A stretch of 64,000 nt of DNA from Alphaproteobacteria bacterium (GCA_965228895.1 OZ245842.1:4864001-4928000), one strand, 5' to 3'. Shown: positions 52,803 through 63,504, counted from the stretch's first letter. Notes: generated from the sequence alone by a model not told the origin. A program made the numbers and translations.

Positions 52803-54209
52803 CTAGTGGGTCTCCAGCCACGACACCACCGGGCCGGCGAAGCTGGTCGGCGCCGGGCTGACAATGCGGAAGCCGCCCCGTTCGATCTCGACAACCGCCA
52901 ATCCACGTTCGGGCACGCCGTTGGTCTTGAAGCGGAACAGGCCCTCGACACCGCCGAAGCCGCGCCAATCGGTCAACGCGGCATCGCTGAAATCGCCCGA
53001 GACGCCGTTGCGCATCAACGCCGCGGCCAGCGCCACGGCGTCATAGGTCAGGGTTGCCAGCCGGGGTGCTTCCTCGCCGTAGGTCTCTTCATAGCGCGCG
53101 AAGAACCACTCGCGCCGGTCCGACGGCGTGGTGGCGAACCAGGCACCCGCCAAGCCGGGCTCGGTCAGCAGCGTGGGATCTTCCCAGCTCGACAGTCCGA
53201 GGATCCGGACACTGCCGGGATCGACCCCATAGAACGAGAGATAACCGGCAAGGGTGCGCAGCTCGGCGCCTGATTCCGGCAGGAACAGCGCGTCGAAATC
53301 GAGCGTGCCGGCGATCTCCATCGTCTTCAGCCGTTCGATGGCCGCGCGCGAGACCTCATCATTCTGGGCCTGGAGCTCGGCGATCTGCGCGTTCAGTGCG
53401 GCGCGCCGGCCGTCATAGCTGGTGAAGCTCCGCACCACGTCGGCCAGATCCTGGGACGCGGGGTCATAAAACGAGACGCCGACAACCTCGACGCCATGGG
53501 TTTGGGCGGAATCGCGGAACGCCTGCACCATCTGGGAGCCGAACGACCCGCCGGGCGCCAAGGTGGCGAAGCGCGTGTAACCCTGTTCGGCGGCATAGCC
53601 GACAACACGGTCGACCTGCTGGAACGGATCGAGGCCCATGATGTAGGCGCCGTTGATCGCCGCGCGCCGGTCCGATGACAACGAGATCATGTTGATACCC
53701 GCCTGCCGGGCGACCCGTGATACCGCTTCGACATCGGTCGCGAACAGCGGGCCGACGATGAGATCCGGCCCGGCCGCGACGACGTCACGCGCGGCGTTCT
53801 CCGCGCCCATCGCGGTGCCTTCGGTATCGCGGACGATCAGCTCCAGATCGGGGCTGTTGATGTCGAACAAGGCAAGCGCTGCCGCATCGGCCATCGCCTG
53901 TCCCAGATCGGCATGCTGGCCCGTCAGCGGCAGCAGCAGGGCAATGCGTTTGACACCCGGCGCGGCGACGCCATAGGGCGTCAGCTCTTCGGGTGGCAGC
54001 GCGTTTTCGTCGACGATGACGGCCGGTTGGTCGAGAATGAGCGGCTCGGTGATCTCGGGCCGTTCGTCGACCGGCGACGTCTCCACCTTGGTCGGCTTGG
54101 CTTGACACGCAGCCAGCGCCATGAAGAGTGCCAGACTGATCGCCAGCCATGACACGCCGCGCCACCCCAACCGTTCCGCCCCAAAACACACTGCCATCGT
54201 GGTCACCAT
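52803..54209 (-). CDS. Penicillin-binding protein activator LpoA-like lipoprotein
   Basis: Lipobox LAAC, IALLLPLTG, IVGPLFA, YDAVALA, F.GVEGLFRF...G..ERGLAV. Confidence 0.85.
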   Translation of the reverse strand: MVTTMAVCFGAERLGWRGVSWLAISLALFMALAACQAKPTKVETSPVDERPEITEPLILDQPAVIVDENALPPEELTPYGVAAPGVKRIALLLPLTGQHADLGQAMADAAALALFDINSPDLELIVRDTEGTAMGAENAARDVVAAGPDLIVGPLFATDVEAVSRVARQAGINMISLSSDRRAAINGAYIMGLDPFQQVDRVVGYAAEQGYTRFATLAPGGSFGSQMVQAFRDSAQTHGVEVVGVSFYDPASQDLADVVRSFTSYDGRRAALNAQIAELQAQNDEVSRAAIERLKTMEIAGTLDFDALFLPESGAELRTLAGYLSFYGVDPGSVRILGLSSWEDPTLLTEPGLAGAWFATTPSDRREWFFARYEETYGEEAPRLATLTYDAVALAAALMRNGVSGDFSDAALTDWRGFGGVEGLFRFKTNGVPERGLAVVEIERGGFRIVSPAPTSFAGPVVSWLETH

Positions 54210-54303
54210 CCCTTTGCTCCGCGAACCTAACGGTCTGTCGCGGCGGAGTAAATCGCCGGTCCATGATAACTAGATTATCGGCGGAACTGTGGCTTGAGAG
54301 ACC

Positions 54304-54669
54304 TTGACCACAACCGACAAACGCCGGCGCGCGGAGGGTTTCGGCCGCTTCGGCGAAGCAGTGGCGGTCTGGCTGCTGCGTCTGAAGGGATATCGGATCG
54401 TCGAACGGCGCGCCCGCACGCCGGCCGGCGAGATCGACATCCTGGCGCGCCGCGGCCATGTCCTGGCGGCCGTCGAGGTCAAGGCACGCCGTATCCCGAG
54501 CGAGGAGATTGTTACCGGCCGTCAGCAACAAAGGATCGTGCGCGCGCTCGAAAGCTACGTCGCATATCGGCCACAGTTCCAAGGCTTTACTTGGCGCATC
54601 GATCTGATCGTCGTCAGGCCCTGGCGTTTGCCGCGCCACGAGGTCGACGCTTGGCGCGACGATCGGTGA
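54304..54669 (+). CDS. yraN: YraN family protein (UPF0102)
   Basis: G..GE.VA...L.LKGYRI, GEIDI.A, VEVKAR, RIDLI. Confidence 0.9.
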   Translation: MTTTDKRRRAEGFGRFGEAVAVWLLRLKGYRIVERRARTPAGEIDILARRGHVLAAVEVKARRIPSEEIVTGRQQQRIVRALESYVAYRPQFQGFTWRIDLIVVRPWRLPRHEVDAWRDDR

Positions 54670-54720
54670 GTTTTGGGTTATCTTGTATGTTGTGCGCGTG
54701 AGGGTACCCAAGATATAGAA

Positions 54721-55350
54721 ATGTCCGAGGATGGTGCGGGAATGTCGGCCATGGCGTTGCGTAGTCTGATCACGCTTTTGGTTTTGATGGCGGGCGCCCT
54801 GTCGCTGAGTGCTTGCGGGCCCGGGATCTGGCTTGGTGTTGGCGCCAAGGCCGGCGTCGCGGTCGCCGAAGAACGTTCGCTCGGCGATCAGGTCGAGGAT
54901 GCGACCTTGAAGGTCGAGATCAGTGAGCGCCTGTTCCGCTATAGCGAAGAACTGTTCCAGGACGTTTCCGTCGACGTCACTGAGGGTCGCGTCTTGCTGG
55001 CCGGCGTCGTCGCGACACCGGAAGACCGGGTCGACGCGGTACGCCTGACCTGGCAGGTTGACGGCATCAAGGAGGTCGCGAACGAGATCCAGGTCACCGA
55101 AGGCGGCATCGGGTACTACGCCGACGACGTCTGGATCTCGACCCAGCTGCGCAACGATCTGTTGTGGGACAAGGACGTCGCTTCGATCAACTACAACGTC
55201 GAAACGGTGCACGGCATCGTCTACCTCACCGGCATCGCCAAATCGCAGGCCGAGTTGAACCGGGTTGTCGCCCACGCCCGTACGATCCCCAAGGTGCGCG
55301 ATATCGTCAGCTACGTCCGCGTGTTGCCGGCCTCGCAAGCGGCTGGATGA
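54721..55350 (+). CDS. Dual-BON-domain lipoprotein (DolP/YraP-like)
   Basis: Lipobox LSAC, ERSLG.QVED, GRVLLAG, D.WIST, NYNVET..G.VYL.G. Confidence 0.88.
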   Translation: MSEDGAGMSAMALRSLITLLVLMAGALSLSACGPGIWLGVGAKAGVAVAEERSLGDQVEDATLKVEISERLFRYSEELFQDVSVDVTEGRVLLAGVVATPEDRVDAVRLTWQVDGIKEVANEIQVTEGGIGYYADDVWISTQLRNDLLWDKDVASINYNVETVHGIVYLTGIAKSQAELNRVVAHARTIPKVRDIVSYVRVLPASQAAG

Positions 55351-55479
55351 CCGATACGGCGCGTTGTCGGGTCAACAAGTTTCCGCTTGATCCCATGAGG
55401 TGAGCTTGTGAAGTTGCCAAGAGCACGCGATCTGATCCGCGGCTTCACGTCGCGCTAGCTGCCATAACGGGAACCTGAC

Positions 55480-56427
55480 ATGAGCCTTGCGGTCGCGATC
55501 CAGATGGATCCCATCGAGACGATCGACATCGATGCCGACAGCACCTTTGTCCTGGCGCTGGAGGCGCAGGAGCGCGGTCACGGCCTTTACCACTATATGC
55601 CGAGCGACCTGATCTTCCGTGACGGCCGTGTCTCGGCCTATGCGCGCCCGCTTGTGGTGCGGCGCGAGAAAGGCAACCACGCGACGCTCGGCAAGGGACA
55701 GCTGATCGACCTGTCGATCATGGACGTGGTGCTGATGCGCCAAGACCCGCCCTTCGATATGTCCTACATCACCGCGACCCATCTCTTAGAGCACATCCAT
55801 CCTGCGACCCTGGTGGTGAACGACCCGGCCCATGTGCGCAACGCCCCGGAGAAATTGTTCGTCACCCATTTCGACGGCGTGATGCCGCCGACGCTGATCA
55901 CGTCGAACGCCGAGGCCGTGCGCGACTTTCGCGCCGATCACAAGGACATCATCGTCAAGCCGCTCTACGGCAACGGTGGCGCCGGCGTGTTCCACGTGAC
56001 GCCGGACGACGAGAACCTGAACGCGCTCCTGGAAATGTTCACGGCGATGTACCGCGAACCGGTCATCGTGCAGCGCTACCTGCCGGAGGTCCGGGCGGGC
56101 GACAAGCGCATCATCCTGATCGATGGCAAGCCGGCCGGTGCGATCAACCGGGTGCCGCCGGCAGGTGAAGCCCGCTCGAACATGCACGCCGGCGGCAAAC
56201 CGCTGGCCGCGACACTGACCAAACGCGAACGCGAGATCTGCGATGCCATCGCGCCGGCGCTTGTCGAGCGCGGCCTCATCTTTGTCGGTATCGACGTCAT
56301 CGGCGACTATCTGACCGAGATCAACGTGACGTCACCGACCGGTTTGCAGGAGATCAACCGGTATGACGGCGTGAAGCTGGAGGCTGATATCTGGGACGCG
56401 ATCGAGAAGCGGCGCAACGGCCGCTAA
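55480..56427 (+). CDS. gshB: Glutathione synthetase
   Basis: [54 protein letters not shown]. Confidence 0.97.
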   Translation: MSLAVAIQMDPIETIDIDADSTFVLALEAQERGHGLYHYMPSDLIFRDGRVSAYARPLVVRREKGNHATLGKGQLIDLSIMDVVLMRQDPPFDMSYITATHLLEHIHPATLVVNDPAHVRNAPEKLFVTHFDGVMPPTLITSNAEAVRDFRADHKDIIVKPLYGNGGAGVFHVTPDDENLNALLEMFTAMYREPVIVQRYLPEVRAGDKRIILIDGKPAGAINRVPPAGEARSNMHAGGKPLAATLTKREREICDAIAPALVERGLIFVGIDVIGDYLTEINVTSPTGLQEINRYDGVKLEADIWDAIEKRRNGR

Positions 56428-56446
56428 CCACGATCCGCTCTCGCGG

Positions 56447-56917
56447 TCACGACTTGGTCTTGACCACCAGTTCCTGGAGTTCGCCAAGCGCCTGATCAAT
56501 CGCGCGATCAACCTCGTCGAACAATGTTCGAGACGCGGTGACTTCCGCCGCTTGCGCGGCTTTTTGCAGCTTGTCGCATAGCTCTGACGTCGCGAGAGCA
56601 CCCAGGCTGCCGGAGACCGACACCAGCATATGAGCCGACCGATAGAGTGCCTCGAAGTCGCCGCTGGCAAGCGCGGTGCGCATGGCTTCGCGGTGATGAT
56701 TGGCGTGGTCGGTGAAGTCGCGGATGAAATGGCTGACCTTCTGCCAACCTATCGCGTCCGCCAGCGACCGCAGGGTCTCGTGATCCAAAACGGGAGCATC
56801 CGATACCTGCATGTCACCGGCTGAGGTCTTGACGTGGGATTGGGGGTTGGCGTGAGTCACCGTTGTTCTCTTGGTGGTCAAGACCGCGTCACCCCTTTCA
56901 TGTGGTGCGGCCATCAT
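56447..56917 (-). CDS. Stand-alone Hpt (histidine phosphotransfer) domain protein
   Basis: VLD...L..L, F...F, D...L...AHMLVSVSGSLGA..L...C..LQ. Start uncertain (56917 or 56812). Confidence 0.75.
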   Translation of the reverse strand: MMAAPHERGDAVLTTKRTTVTHANPQSHVKTSAGDMQVSDAPVLDHETLRSLADAIGWQKVSHFIRDFTDHANHHREAMRTALASGDFEALYRSAHMLVSVSGSLGALATSELCDKLQKAAQAAEVTASRTLFDEVDRAIDQALGELQELVVKTKS

Positions 56918-57020
56918 AGGCGACCATTGACGGTCGTCACAGTACCGAGATGTTGATGATCTCTTTGGATCGATTCCGGCTCACGCGAAATCGGCGCTAG
57001 CCGACTAAACCTTCAACACC

Positions 57021-58631
57021 CTAGCGGTCCGCTCCGGTCGGCAGCGGTTCGGGCGCCGGCGGTTCATCCAACGTCGTGATGCGTTCCGGCACCGCCTGTC
57101 TGCGTCGTCGGAAAATGAACACGGCGGGGATCAGGGCAAGCGCCATCAGACAGGTCGCGAAGAACGCATTGTTATAGGCGATCATCACCGACTGTCGATG
57201 GATCTCCGCCTCCAGCATGGCGAGGGTGGCGGGGTCGGCAAGATCCATGGCGCGCTCGATCGGGCCATAACCGAACAACTGATTAAACGGATGGATCGCT
57301 TCGGTCAGGATCGAGTGATTGATTTGCGAATCCCGGCTGTGTTGGCCGACGATCGCGGCGACACCGACCGAACTGCCCAATTCGAAGACCAGGTAGAACA
57401 GCGCATAGCCCTGGTCCTGATTGCGTTTGGCGAGACCGGAGAGCGTCAACGTGCTGAGCGGCACCCAGATGAAACTGCCGCCGAAACCTTGGATGGCATT
57501 GGTCCACATGACGTCCGTGGCGCGCACTTCGACGGTCCACTGCGCCATGTACCAGGCCGGCACCGCCATCAGCACCAGACCGAAGGTGATCATGAAGCGG
57601 GGGTTGATCAGATGCGCGATGCGCCCGACCAGGATCAGGCCAAGCAGGATGCCGCCACCACGCCACATCATCATCCTGCCGGTCTCGACCGGCGGGTAAC
57701 CGCCGATCTGCTGCAGCATCAGCGGCATCAGGAAGTTGGGCAACACGATCAACGCGCCGATGACGGCGATGAAGACGATGCCGGTCATGTAGTTGCGGTC
57801 GAGAAACAGCGCGCGGTCGACGAACGGGTTCTTGGCGAACACCGTGTGGACGGCAAACAGGTAGAGCAGAATGCAGGCCGCCATCATCTCGATGATGACT
57901 TCGGCGGAATCGAACCAGTCCTGGCGTTCGCCGCGCGCCAGCGCCAGTTGCAGCAGGCTGGCGCCCAACACAAGGGTCGTGAAGCCAACCCAGTCGAAAT
58001 GTCTGGTCTTGTCTGCGGGTGTCGAGGGCACAAAGATCGCGGCACCGATGAAGGCGATGATGCCGACCGGGATCGTGATGTAGAAGACCCACGGCCAGCT
58101 GTAGTACTCCAGGATAAAACCGCCGCCGATCGGGCCGGCGACGCTGCCCAGCATGACGCCGATGCCCCAGATCGAGGTCGCCTGGCCGTGACGTTCCGGC
58201 GGGAAGGCATCGACCACGATGGCCTGGCCCAGGGGAATCAGCGACGCGCCGACCAGACCCTGGGCAAAGCGCCAGATCGATTCCTCGATCAGCGTCGTCG
58301 CCATGCCGCAACCGACAAGCGAAATCGTGTAACCGGCGGTGGCGAACAGAAAGAGGTTCTTGCGCCCGAAACGCGCCGAGAACCAGCCGGTGCTGGCGGT
58401 CATCACCGCCGAACCGACCATGAAGGCAATCAGGACCCAGGCGATCTGATCGCTGGTGGTCGAGAACGTGCCCTGCATGTGGGGCAACGCGACCGCCACC
58501 ACGGTCCAGGTAAAATCGTAAGCCGTCGTTGCCAGCGTGGCGAAGGTAACCAGCAGGACAAATCTAAGGCCGGTCGGGCGCGCCGGCGTCGCAGGCGCCG
58601 GCGCAGCGACCGCAACGTCGCTGGCGCTCAC
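57021..58631 (-). CDS. DHA2-family MFS efflux permease (EmrB-like)
   Basis: VALPHMQG......DQIAWV, RFGRK, WRFAQG, GPIGGG, WPWVFYI, DWF.S; about 14 TM helices. Confidence 0.92.
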   Translation of the reverse strand: MSASDVAVAAPAPATPARPTGLRFVLLVTFATLATTAYDFTWTVVAVALPHMQGTFSTTSDQIAWVLIAFMVGSAVMTASTGWFSARFGRKNLFLFATAGYTISLVGCGMATTLIEESIWRFAQGLVGASLIPLGQAIVVDAFPPERHGQATSIWGIGVMLGSVAGPIGGGFILEYYSWPWVFYITIPVGIIAFIGAAIFVPSTPADKTRHFDWVGFTTLVLGASLLQLALARGERQDWFDSAEVIIEMMAACILLYLFAVHTVFAKNPFVDRALFLDRNYMTGIVFIAVIGALIVLPNFLMPLMLQQIGGYPPVETGRMMMWRGGGILLGLILVGRIAHLINPRFMITFGLVLMAVPAWYMAQWTVEVRATDVMWTNAIQGFGGSFIWVPLSTLTLSGLAKRNQDQGYALFYLVFELGSSVGVAAIVGQHSRDSQINHSILTEAIHPFNQLFGYGPIERAMDLADPATLAMLEAEIHRQSVMIAYNNAFFATCLMALALIPAVFIFRRRRQAVPERITTLDEPPAPEPLPTGADR

Positions 58632-59704
58632 TGACTCGGCAGGACGTCGGCCAGAACGCCCTGCACGATGCTGCCGAGATCGCGGGTGTGGCCGGTGTCG
58701 ATGCTGACCGAGACGGTCATGCCCGAACGCAGGCGCGAGAGGTCGTGGTCCGGCTCAAGTTCCAGGCGCAGCGGTACGCGCTGCACGACCTTGACCCAGT
58801 TGCCGGTCGCGTTCTGCGGCGGCAGCAGGGCGAACTCGGCGCCGGTCGCCGGGCTGATGCCGGCGACCGTGGCGCGCCATTCTTCGTCGGGAAAGGCATC
58901 AACCACCACCGTCGCGTCCTGACCGGCTTCGACATGGGTCAGGTCGACTTCCTTCAAGTTCACCTCGACCCATGGCGCGCCGTTGGCGACCAGCGCGAAC
59001 ACCGGCTCGCCCGCCTCGACATATTCGCCACCCTCCAGACCGACATCGCTCAACAAGCCGCCGACCGGCGCGATCACCAGGGTGTGGGAAAGGTCGAGCG
59101 CGGCGCGGTCGCGCGCCGCCAGCGCGCTCATGTAGAGCGGGTGGACCTCAGGCGGCAGATCGGGGCTGCCGCCCATCTGCGCCAACACCATGTCGTTCTG
59201 CTGGGTCAGGACATCGATCTCGCGCCGGGCCATGGCGAGGTCGTGTTCGGCCTCCTCAAGCTTCGCGCGCGCGCCGATGCCGTCAGCCTCAAGCGAGACC
59301 TGGCGTTCGTACTCCAATGTTAGAAAACGAACGCGCTCGCGCGCCACGTTGATGGCGGCTTCTCCCTGGCGATACTCGGCGGCCAAGGACTGCAGGCGGT
59401 GCTTGATGTTCTGAAGGTCCGCCTCGGCCGCCGCCAGCGCGATGCCGAACGGCGCGGGGTCGATCTCGAACAGGAGCTGGCCTTCTTCGACCGACTGGTA
59501 GTCCCTGACATAGACCTCGGAGACCCGGCCATCGATCTCGCTGCCTATGTGGATGATCTCAGCCTTGACGTAGGCGTTCTCGGCGGTGACGTAGCGCCCG
59601 CCGCTGGCATAGAGCCAAGCGGCCACCACCAACACCGCGACCGGCACGCCGATCATGAGAATCGCGCGAAGGACAAATCGCCTTGTCCGCGCCACCAACG
59701 ACAT
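58628..59704 (-). CDS. HlyD-family periplasmic adaptor (EmrA-like)
   Basis: N-terminal TM, ENAYVKA, PATGAEFALLPPQNATGNWVKVVQRVP. Confidence 0.93.
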   Translation of the reverse strand: MSLVARTRRFVLRAILMIGVPVAVLVVAAWLYASGGRYVTAENAYVKAEIIHIGSEIDGRVSEVYVRDYQSVEEGQLLFEIDPAPFGIALAAAEADLQNIKHRLQSLAAEYRQGEAAINVARERVRFLTLEYERQVSLEADGIGARAKLEEAEHDLAMARREIDVLTQQNDMVLAQMGGSPDLPPEVHPLYMSALAARDRAALDLSHTLVIAPVGGLLSDVGLEGGEYVEAGEPVFALVANGAPWVEVNLKEVDLTHVEAGQDATVVVDAFPDEEWRATVAGISPATGAEFALLPPQNATGNWVKVVQRVPLRLELEPDHDLSRLRSGMTVSVSIDTGHTRDLGSIVQGVLADVLPSQ

Positions 59705-59873
59705 GTGCACTCCGCCCAACCTGCGCCCGGCGGACGCCTGGACTGGCGACCTGGCCGGCGAGGCTTCTTTTTTGCTTCCTATCGCGAAGCCCGGCCCTTG
59801 GCAATCAGCCTTACAGGTAGGGTCCGCGACCATTCCGGAGCCGAATTGGCGCTCCGCGTGGTAACGTCACGTC

Positions 59874-60605
59874 ATGTCCGAACTCAGGGAGACCGACCTT
59901 TACCCGCCCGTCAAACGTTTTCTGGAGGGCCAGGGATACGAGGTGAAGGCCGAAATCGCCGATAATGACGTCGTCGCGATCCGCGGCGACGAACCGCCGG
60001 TGGTTGTGGAACTGAAGACCGCTTTCACCCTGGCACTTGTGTTTCAGGGCATCGGCCGTCAGAAACTCACCGATCAGGTCTATCTGGCCATCCCCGATCC
60101 CGGCCGCGTCTCGCACCGCTCGTTATGGGGCCGCCACTACCGCGACATCATCAAGCTGTGCGGTTTGCTGGGCCTGGGTCTGATGACGGTCGCCACCGGC
60201 AAGAAAGGCAACGGCCTGGTCGAGGTGCACCTGGACCCCGGCCCCTACCGGCCGCGCCAAAGCAAGGCCCGGCAGGCCATGTTGCTGGGCGAGTTCCAGC
60301 GCCGGGTCGGCGATCACAACACCGGTGGCAGCACAAGGCGCGGCATCGTCACCGCCTATCGCCAGGATGCGCTTCGCTGCGCCATGCATCTGCAAGAGAC
60401 CGGGCCGTCGAAAGCCAGCACGGTTGCCGAGGCGACCGGTGTCGACCGCGCACGCGCCATCCTCTACCGCGACGTCTACGGCTGGTTCCAGCGTGTCGAG
60501 CGTGGCGTCTACGATCTGACCCCGGTCGGCGCCGAAGGACTCAAGACCTATGCCGACGCGGTCGCGGCACTGGCCTCGCAAGATACACCGACACCGTCCA
60601 GCTGA
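59874..60605 (+). CDS. DUF2161 family putative PD-(D/E)XK-type protein
   Basis: RETDLYPPVK.FLE.QGYEVKAE, VVELK, LV.QG..RQ, TAYRQDALRC, YGWF.RVERGVY.L. Confidence 0.85.
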   Translation: MSELRETDLYPPVKRFLEGQGYEVKAEIADNDVVAIRGDEPPVVVELKTAFTLALVFQGIGRQKLTDQVYLAIPDPGRVSHRSLWGRHYRDIIKLCGLLGLGLMTVATGKKGNGLVEVHLDPGPYRPRQSKARQAMLLGEFQRRVGDHNTGGSTRRGIVTAYRQDALRCAMHLQETGPSKASTVAEATGVDRARAILYRDVYGWFQRVERGVYDLTPVGAEGLKTYADAVAALASQDTPTPSS

Positions 60606-60679
60606 TTGAGAAGGCGGTCGCGTCGCGAAGCAGGAGTTCGTGTTACTGTCGCCATGGTTGCGCAGGAATGAGGTGCATC

Positions 60680-61594
60680 ATGAAGGTCGTCACCTACAAC
60701 ATCCAGTACACGCGCGGGAAAGACGATCGCTACGACGTCGAGCGCATCGTTGACGCGGTGAAGGGCGCTGACATCATCGCGCTGCAGGAGGTGGAGCGGT
60801 TTTTGGTCCGCACGCGCATGACGGACCAAGTTGAAGAGATTGCTGCCCTGATGCCGGACCTCTATTGGATCTACGGACCCGCGGTTGATCTGGCGGTTGT
60901 CGATGTGGGCGCAAGCGGCAAGGTGGACAACCGGCGAAGCCAGCATGGCAACATGCTGCTGTCGCGCTGGCCGATCGTGTCATCGCGCAACCACCTGATG
61001 CCCTTCATGGGGACGACAACCCATGACAATGCGCAGGCCTGTGCACTTGAGGGGGTCATCTCAACCGGCGACCGCACCGTTCGGTTCTATTCACTGCACC
61101 TGTCGCACCTTTCCGAGAAAGAGCGATTGGTGCAGGTCGACTGGCTGCTCGACCTTAACAGACGTGTATGGCTTGAAGGCGGTGTTTGGAACTTTGATCC
61201 AAGTCCACGCGGTGAGATAGACGTCGACGATGACCGCGTAGAGCTGACGCCACCGCCGATGCCATTCGACGCCGTCTATATGGGCGACTTCAATTTCCAC
61301 GGCGGCGAGCCGCAGGACCCCGAGTACAGCAAGCTCGTCGGGCCGTTGGATCCGGACTACGGGCGGATCGGTTTTCGCGACACCCTGGTCGATGCCTGGA
61401 CCGCCGCCGGCAACAAGGAGACCGACGGCATCACCTATCCCGCCAACGAACGCTACAGCAGCACCGACACCGGCTGGCGCCTCGACTATGTCTTTGTGAC
61501 GCCGACGCTTGCGTCGTCGGTCAAGGCCGCGTGGATCGACAACGCTGCTCAGGGTTCCGACCACCAGCCCATGTGGGCCGAACTCGATCTTTGA
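60680..61594 (+). CDS. Endonuclease/exonuclease/phosphatase (EEP) family protein
   Basis: VVTYNIQ, DIIALQEV, GNMLLSR, HL, MGDFN, RLDYVFV, GSDHQP. Real start is the ATG at 60680. Confidence 0.9.
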   Translation: MKVVTYNIQYTRGKDDRYDVERIVDAVKGADIIALQEVERFLVRTRMTDQVEEIAALMPDLYWIYGPAVDLAVVDVGASGKVDNRRSQHGNMLLSRWPIVSSRNHLMPFMGTTTHDNAQACALEGVISTGDRTVRFYSLHLSHLSEKERLVQVDWLLDLNRRVWLEGGVWNFDPSPRGEIDVDDDRVELTPPPMPFDAVYMGDFNFHGGEPQDPEYSKLVGPLDPDYGRIGFRDTLVDAWTAAGNKETDGITYPANERYSSTDTGWRLDYVFVTPTLASSVKAAWIDNAAQGSDHQPMWAELDL

Positions 61595-61606
61595 TCGACG
61601 GCTGCC

Positions 61607-62383
61607 CTAACGCCCCCGCCACACCGGCGGGCGTTTTTCGGTGAAGGCGCGCGGGCCTTCCTTGGCGTCGTCGCTGTTGTTGGCCAGCGCCTTGGCCGGC
61701 AGACCACCGGCTTCGTCCAGGTCATAGGCCGCTTGCGGTGTGAGCGCGCCGACCTTGGTTACCATCTGCTTCATGGCGGCGACAGAGAGCGGCGCTGAAG
61801 CGATGACGCGCTCGGCAAGCGCGTGAGCCGCCGGCATCAGATCGCCTCGGGCTACGACGTCGCTGACCAGTCCATAGCGCAGCGCGTCGGCCGCATCGAT
61901 GCGCCGGCCCGTATAGAGCATGTCGACAGCCAGCGCGTGGGGTATCCGCTGGCACAGCCGTGACACTGACGCCGACGCCACGGTCAGGCCCAGCGTTGCC
62001 TCTGACAGAAAGAACGTCGCGTTGTCGGCGGCGATCATGAAATCGGCGGCCAGCGCGATCTCGAACCCGCCGGCGACGCAGGCGCCGTTGACGGCGGCGA
62101 TCACCGGCTTCTCCAGGTCGAAACGCGACATCAGACCGCCGAAACCGCCGGGACCGTAATCCTGATCCTCATCCTCCGCGGTGGCGAGATCCCAGCCCGC
62201 CGAAAAGATACGCTCGCCCGCGCCGGTCAGGATCGCGACACGCAGGTCGGGATCAGCCTGGAAGTCGTCGAAGGCAGCCGCCATGGCGCGGCTGGTCTTG
62301 GCATCGATGGCGTTGGCCTTTGGCCGGTCAAGGGTGATGACGAGAACCTGGTCGTGGCGTTCCAGGCGAAGGGCTTCGGACAT
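61607..62383 (-). CDS. Enoyl-CoA hydratase/isomerase (CaiD-like)
   Basis: ITLDRPKANAID, FSAGWDL, DYGPGGFGG, KPVIAAVNG...GGFE, EGPRAF.EKR.P.W. Confidence 0.9.
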   Translation of the reverse strand: MSEALRLERHDQVLVITLDRPKANAIDAKTSRAMAAAFDDFQADPDLRVAILTGAGERIFSAGWDLATAEDEDQDYGPGGFGGLMSRFDLEKPVIAAVNGACVAGGFEIALAADFMIAADNATFFLSEATLGLTVASASVSRLCQRIPHALAVDMLYTGRRIDAADALRYGLVSDVVARGDLMPAAHALAERVIASAPLSVAAMKQMVTKVGALTPQAAYDLDEAGGLPAKALANNSDDAKEGPRAFTEKRPPVWRGR

Positions 62384-62425
62384 GGTGAGCTCCAAGAGTT
62401 TGTCGGTGCGGCGTCTGTGGTCAGT

Positions 62426-63349
62426 CTAAAGCAGGCCGCGGCGGTTACGGTCGGCCCAGACATAGAGCATGTCGAGACACAGGGTGGCGCCGGCCAGCGC
62501 GGTAATCTCGCTTTGATCATAGGCCGGGCAAACCTCGACGAGATCCATGCCGACCACATCGAGATCGACGAGGCTGCGGATGATCTGCAGAGCCGTGTTG
62601 GTGGTCATGCCGCCGACCACGGGCGTGCCGGTGCCCGGCGCGAAGGCGGGATCAAGACCGTCGATATCGAAGCTGACATAGACCTTGCGGTCGCCGATCA
62701 CCTGTTTGATCCGTTCGCTGGTTGCGACGGGCCCGTTGTTGTTGACCCAGTCCGCACCCAGAACCTCGAAGGCGTGGCCGTCGCGGTCGTAGTCGGTGCG
62801 AATGCCGACCTGGACCGAGTGCGCCGGATCGACCAGGCCTTCTTGGACCGCGTGATAAAACATCGTGCCGTGGTTGTAGTCCTCGCCCTTGTAGGTGTCG
62901 GTGTGGGCGTCGAAATGCAGCAACGAGACGGGCCCGTGATGCCGGGCGATCGAACGCAGCAGCGGCAGCGCGACATAATGGTCGCCGCCAAAACTCATGA
63001 CACGTTTACCGGCCGTCAGGATTGCGTCGGTGCGCTGTTCGACACCTTCGACCATGGTGGCGGGAACGCCGGTCTGGCCGTAGATGTCGCCGGCGTCTTC
63101 GACCTTCAGCGCCGATTTGAGTTCGAACGTCCAGGGCCAGCGTGCCTCTTCAAACGACAGATTGGGCGAAACGAGGCGTATCGCGCGCGGTCCCTCACGG
63201 GTACCGGCGCGCCCGACCGTCGCAAGGTCGAACGGAATCCCTTGAATGATGACATCGGCCTTCGACGTCGCGACATCGGTGCATGACGGAAAACCCATGA
63301 ACGTCGAGACGAGTTCATAGGCGGGAAGGTCGGCGTCGATTTCGGTCAT
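62426..63349 (-). CDS. speB: Agmatinase (ureohydrolase family)
   Basis: GGDHY, HFDAHTD, NHGTMF, SFDIDGLDPAFAPGTGTP, DLVEV.P.YD. Confidence 0.9.
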   Translation of the reverse strand: MTEIDADLPAYELVSTFMGFPSCTDVATSKADVIIQGIPFDLATVGRAGTREGPRAIRLVSPNLSFEEARWPWTFELKSALKVEDAGDIYGQTGVPATMVEGVEQRTDAILTAGKRVMSFGGDHYVALPLLRSIARHHGPVSLLHFDAHTDTYKGEDYNHGTMFYHAVQEGLVDPAHSVQVGIRTDYDRDGHAFEVLGADWVNNNGPVATSERIKQVIGDRKVYVSFDIDGLDPAFAPGTGTPVVGGMTTNTALQIIRSLVDLDVVGMDLVEVCPAYDQSEITALAGATLCLDMLYVWADRNRRGLL

Positions 63350-63504
63350 GGCGGGTTTCCCGAGGCAATGTGATCGACCGAAGCCAACCTAGAGCAAGAT
63401 CGGCCGCGATTGAATGAGTCGACGGCGCAAACCTGTTGCGCCGCGCGCGCCAACCATCAAACCTGGGGCTCATCGTCACCACACCGTTCAACCAGGAGAC
63501 CGCC

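Noticed and set aside
60125-60679. Apparent N-terminal extension or fusion on the EEP protein
   Set aside because: It is an Arg/Pro-rich alternative frame of the DUF2161 gene; the EEP domain starts at the ATG at 60680 with a GAGG RBS.
59874-61594. DUF2161 + EEP nuclease pair as an anti-phage defence system
   Set aside because: Both are common stand-alone genes with host-like composition, and there is no defence-island or mobility context in the window.
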